DNA of 64,000 bases from Fimbriosthenelais zetlandica (lineage: Eukaryota): assembly GCA_977030845.1 (NCBI GenBank), contig OZ365109.1, positions 17,980,001 through 18,044,000 of the forward strand, written 5' to 3'. The notes under the pieces were generated by a model that ran no database searches, was not told where the DNA came from, and worked only from the letters and a program-made list of their open reading frames with translations. Both the position numbers and the translations under genes were made by a program. The stretch's first letter is position 1; every line of letters starts with the position of its first letter. Positions 60,701 to 64,000 of the stretch are shown piece after piece.

Positions 60701-63239
60701 CAACCTCACATGTGGCACCAAATCCAGAGCCTAGGCCGGGGCGGTAACACTGGACCTGCCCCCTCCCAACCTCCCTATGACGACTATGTTCTCTTCAGCC
60801 CCCTTGTGAGCAAAACCACCGGACATAATGTGGCCCGGGTGAGCAGTACCATGCCCCGGAGTGAGCGACTCAACGAGAAACAAGTGAATACTTCATGGAA
60901 TAAAATGGTGACAGCAGCAGAGCTAGTGAATGGAGATTACATTGATTTGATATCGTTCATGGATGATGGACACTCGGATGAGACACATAATACTTCCACT
61001 GAGGAAGACGGGAGTACCAGTAGCACTCACCAGGGCTCAACCCACTCACTACCCCTCACTGAGCACCGTGGATACCAGTCTCTCACCTTCAACAGAAAGG
61101 GATATTCTAAAAACAGGCCAAACGTGCTGGCCACCAATTCCCTCGGCAGACAACCCCTGTCCTTTGCTAACCCCTTGTTCCAACACCAAAATCACTGCCA
61201 GACCCAAACGGCCCATTTATCTCCAGGATTGAACTCGCTCCCTCGAGTTCATAGTTTGTCATCCCTCGGGGGTGAATCGGGAACCCAGTCTCTCCCAGAG
61301 AAGAGGAAGGCCCACTTTTACCCCCGCCACAATGGATTAACTCCCACTAGAGTTGTGAAACCCTCCTCCTCAGAGAAGCCAATCATCAAAGCTGGCTCAT
61401 ACTCCTCCCTCACTGCTGACTCTTTGGACATTGGTGGAGACGATGTGAGATTACAAGCTAGATATGGCTCTGGTAATCACCTCCTTCCCCATTCTCATTC
61501 CCTCGATTCCAAGTCTAATGTTGGTTTTGGCACCTCACCCAATGAAAGTGAACTCAGCAGGCCTAGAAGAATCGGACAGTTTTCTCGCAGTGACGAGTTA
61601 TCCCAGATGCACCGACCAAGCCATCAACAGATCAGGAAGATAGCCACTGCCGATACGATTCTCAGCAGCTTGTCTGATGACAAGATGGAATACGATGGAC
61701 ACACATATCCCCCATCACATGGTGCTGGGAAGAAAGCTTACAACACTTATCAAACGTCAGATCGAGAGTCAGACAAGACCAAAGCTGATGTAAGTATCAC
61801 CCTCTTTGTCTCAATTTACTGTGAAAGATTAAGATTCACTCTCCATTTCTCACTGATTCATTCTCACTTCCCCCCCTTAATGACAGTCAGTTAGTGGCCC
61901 TCACTCAGTCTTAACCCACAGACTCTCACTTGGCTTGACTGAGTTTTACACACTGATTCTTACTCCCCTGAATAAGAATTAATCACCCTGACTGTAATGT
62001 TATTATGTTAATCCCCTGATTGAGTGTTACATGCTTTAAATGATTAACTCAGTTTGACTAACAAACAAACTGAGGCCTCAGATTGACTGAAAAACTGATG
62101 CAAACACGAACGGATATACATTGATAATCAATATTATAATGCTCTTCAATGAGATATACACGCAATGTGAATAGCGGGTTTCATCCTCCAAAAACAATTT
62201 TAAATTCTTCACACTTTAGATGATGGACATAAATGAATGTACCCCATAAGATAATCTGCATAGCAAATTCCAGCATAATATAAATGACCAATTTTGATCT
62301 AATTAGTTGTCTTATTTTAAATAAACCTTTGCCTATTCCAGTATGAAGCCGAGCTCAATCATCTAAGACAGAAGCTGGCTGAGACACAGGCTATGCTACA
62401 GGAGACACAGATACGGTTAGAACATCAGGAAGTGCAGGCCGCCCATGCCAGTACAGAACAACTGTGTTCACCTAATAGTACAGATAACCTCCCGCCCAGC
62501 GCAGGCGATGACAGCGATGCCACGAACAAAGATGTTAAAATGTCCGGAATTATTCAAAGGTCAGTATAAACTATAAAGTCCTTACTTTTTCAAGTTAAAG
62601 TAGCGATATATCTCATTTGGACTGTGTTCCAATAATACTAAAACCTGTTAGAGACCAACAGAAATTTCAATTTAAAAAAAAAGTTCAACAAGGAAAAGGT
62701 ATCAGTAATTGATTTCATTTAGTGACTTAATGATTGTAACTTTTTTGAATTTTTCTCGGTTTTAAATATGTTTTATTAAATTTATCTACTCGAAGATATA
62801 AAATGCACTAGATATTCTTTTAATTCCCTCGTTAAATTTATTATTGCTCAACCAAAGATAGTACAGTATTCTTTGATCGCAACTCTCAAGCTATTGAGTG
62901 ATATTTGAGTGACATCTGCCTAATACAGTTAACGTAATGATTATGCTAATATACATATTTATAAATCGTTATTCTCTACCCTGCAGGTTAATCAAAGCAG
63001 AAGATGAACTGCGGCACGAAAGGCAGCACCTTCATTCAGAGTTAGCTGAGAAACAGACAGTGATAGAGAACCAGGAGCGGCGACTGACCTCACTCGACAT
63101 GGCCAACGCTCGCCTCATGTCAGCCCTCAACCAGCTCAAAGAACGCTCACAACAAAAACCCAACGGAGCACTGTCAGCCAAACAAGCCTACACGCTGAGC
63201 CTGGCTGAAGGTGGGCCCTTCAAGACCAGCTCCTGCTAA
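48771..63239 (+). CDS. DAB2IP/RASAL2: PH-C2-RasGAP-coiled-coil protein of the DAB2IP/RASAL2/SynGAP (Drosophila raskol) family, about 21 exons, about 1335 aa
   Basis: Exons 48771-48837, 49521-49645, 50036-50171, (50345-50404), 50611-50720, 50897-50997, 53178-53402, 56677-56778, 56943-57041, 57180-57265, 57473-57527, 57754-57886, 58077-58239, 58452-58531, 58839-59017, 59315-59539, 59825-59915, 60035-60145, 60401-61789, 62342-62559, 62987-63239 (4008 nt). [21 protein letters not shown]2 FWGELFEF, Arg finger [45 protein letters not shown]-terminus FKTSSC*. The 5' exons are less certain than the GAP core. Confidence 0.92.
53803..54480. repeat. Minisatellite of about 29 bp in a RasGAP intron (more degenerate copies from about 53560)
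   Basis: Head-to-tail units of consensus CCTCATGAAGAGAGGRRGTCCTTRATGGG; about 15 clear copies at 53803-54200, decaying on both sides. Confidence 0.9.
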
Positions 63240-64000
63240 GAATAACCTCGTTTAATTCGGACAATATACAACTTATGTAACGTCAGTAACTGGGATAGAC
63301 AACTCGTTCCACCTGCAGTTGGGAAATATAATTAGTTATATAACAGATAGTTTGAGATTCATTCATGCAAAGCAGGGTGTGTACAGTTTGGGGTGGGATT
63401 CAGAGACACAATTGGGTGTTAAAAAAACTGTTCTCATGAGCCCTGATTTTTTTTCAGTTTGGCTAATTTGTTAGATCAATGTTAAATTTAATTTGAACTT
63501 TAACGGAACCACAAAACATCTGCTTTAATTTGGTGGAAAAATGAAGTAAATCCTGTGTTTAAATGCAGGGATGCACTACATTTTATAAAGTCTGCGGTGT
63601 GTCACACAGGTGCCTAAGATTATTATGAATGCGCCTACTGGAAGAAATAATGGGGACACTTGGCGCATCCCCAATTTCGCACACATACACCCATATACAT
63701 ACATATTACATGCATAATATATTATACATCATTGTACATGTATACAGATACATGCATGCATAACTCACACATACAAACACATATGTATAATACCGTAGTC
63801 TTTTTATAGTTTGGTGTCATGTGCAATATGAAATCTGCCATCTGGTATGATGATTATCATATCTTTGGTGTGTTGGTGTGTTTTTGCTTATTGGATAAAA
63901 AGGATTTTATGACTTGGAGCCCTTATAACATTGCTTGAATTTTTTATAATGAGTCCGGTAAACGAATGGTGATAATGATGTATGTATGCATGGTAAAATT

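Overview
AT-rich, intron-rich genomic DNA from an invertebrate animal; the taxon cannot be fixed from the sequence. Everything below was read by eye, with no database searches. Seven protein-coding genes are present: the first coding exon of MBD2/3 (-), eEF2 (-, 11 exons, 846 aa), an FBXO33-like F-box gene (-, 4 exons, 456 aa), CCDC40 (-, 20 exons, 1191 aa), TBC1D16 (+, 10 coding exons, 912 aa), an unnamed C2H2 zinc-finger gene with about 12 fingers (-, 5 coding exons, 1645 aa) and a DAB2IP/RASAL2/SynGAP-family RasGAP (+, about 21 exons, about 1335 aa). The six complete models were assembled from GT-AG boundaries and keep frame to a stop codon. Main points of interest: (1) a 132-nt box H/ACA snoRNA duplicated in eEF2 introns 2 and 3, with a clean predicted 28S rRNA target; (2) CCDC40 and TBC1D16 head-to-head on a very short shared promoter, as I recall for human 17q25.3; (3) 23 R-P-x-S motifs in the CCDC40 N-terminus; (4) two HCF-1-binding motifs, a Sin3-type motif and an unassigned N-terminal domain in the zinc-finger protein; (5) strong enrichment of TA-flanked palindromes (TAGGCCTA, TAGATCTA, TAGTACTA), many near gene 5' ends; (6) a 29-bp minisatellite followed by twin perfect hairpins, resembling a Helentron-type element.
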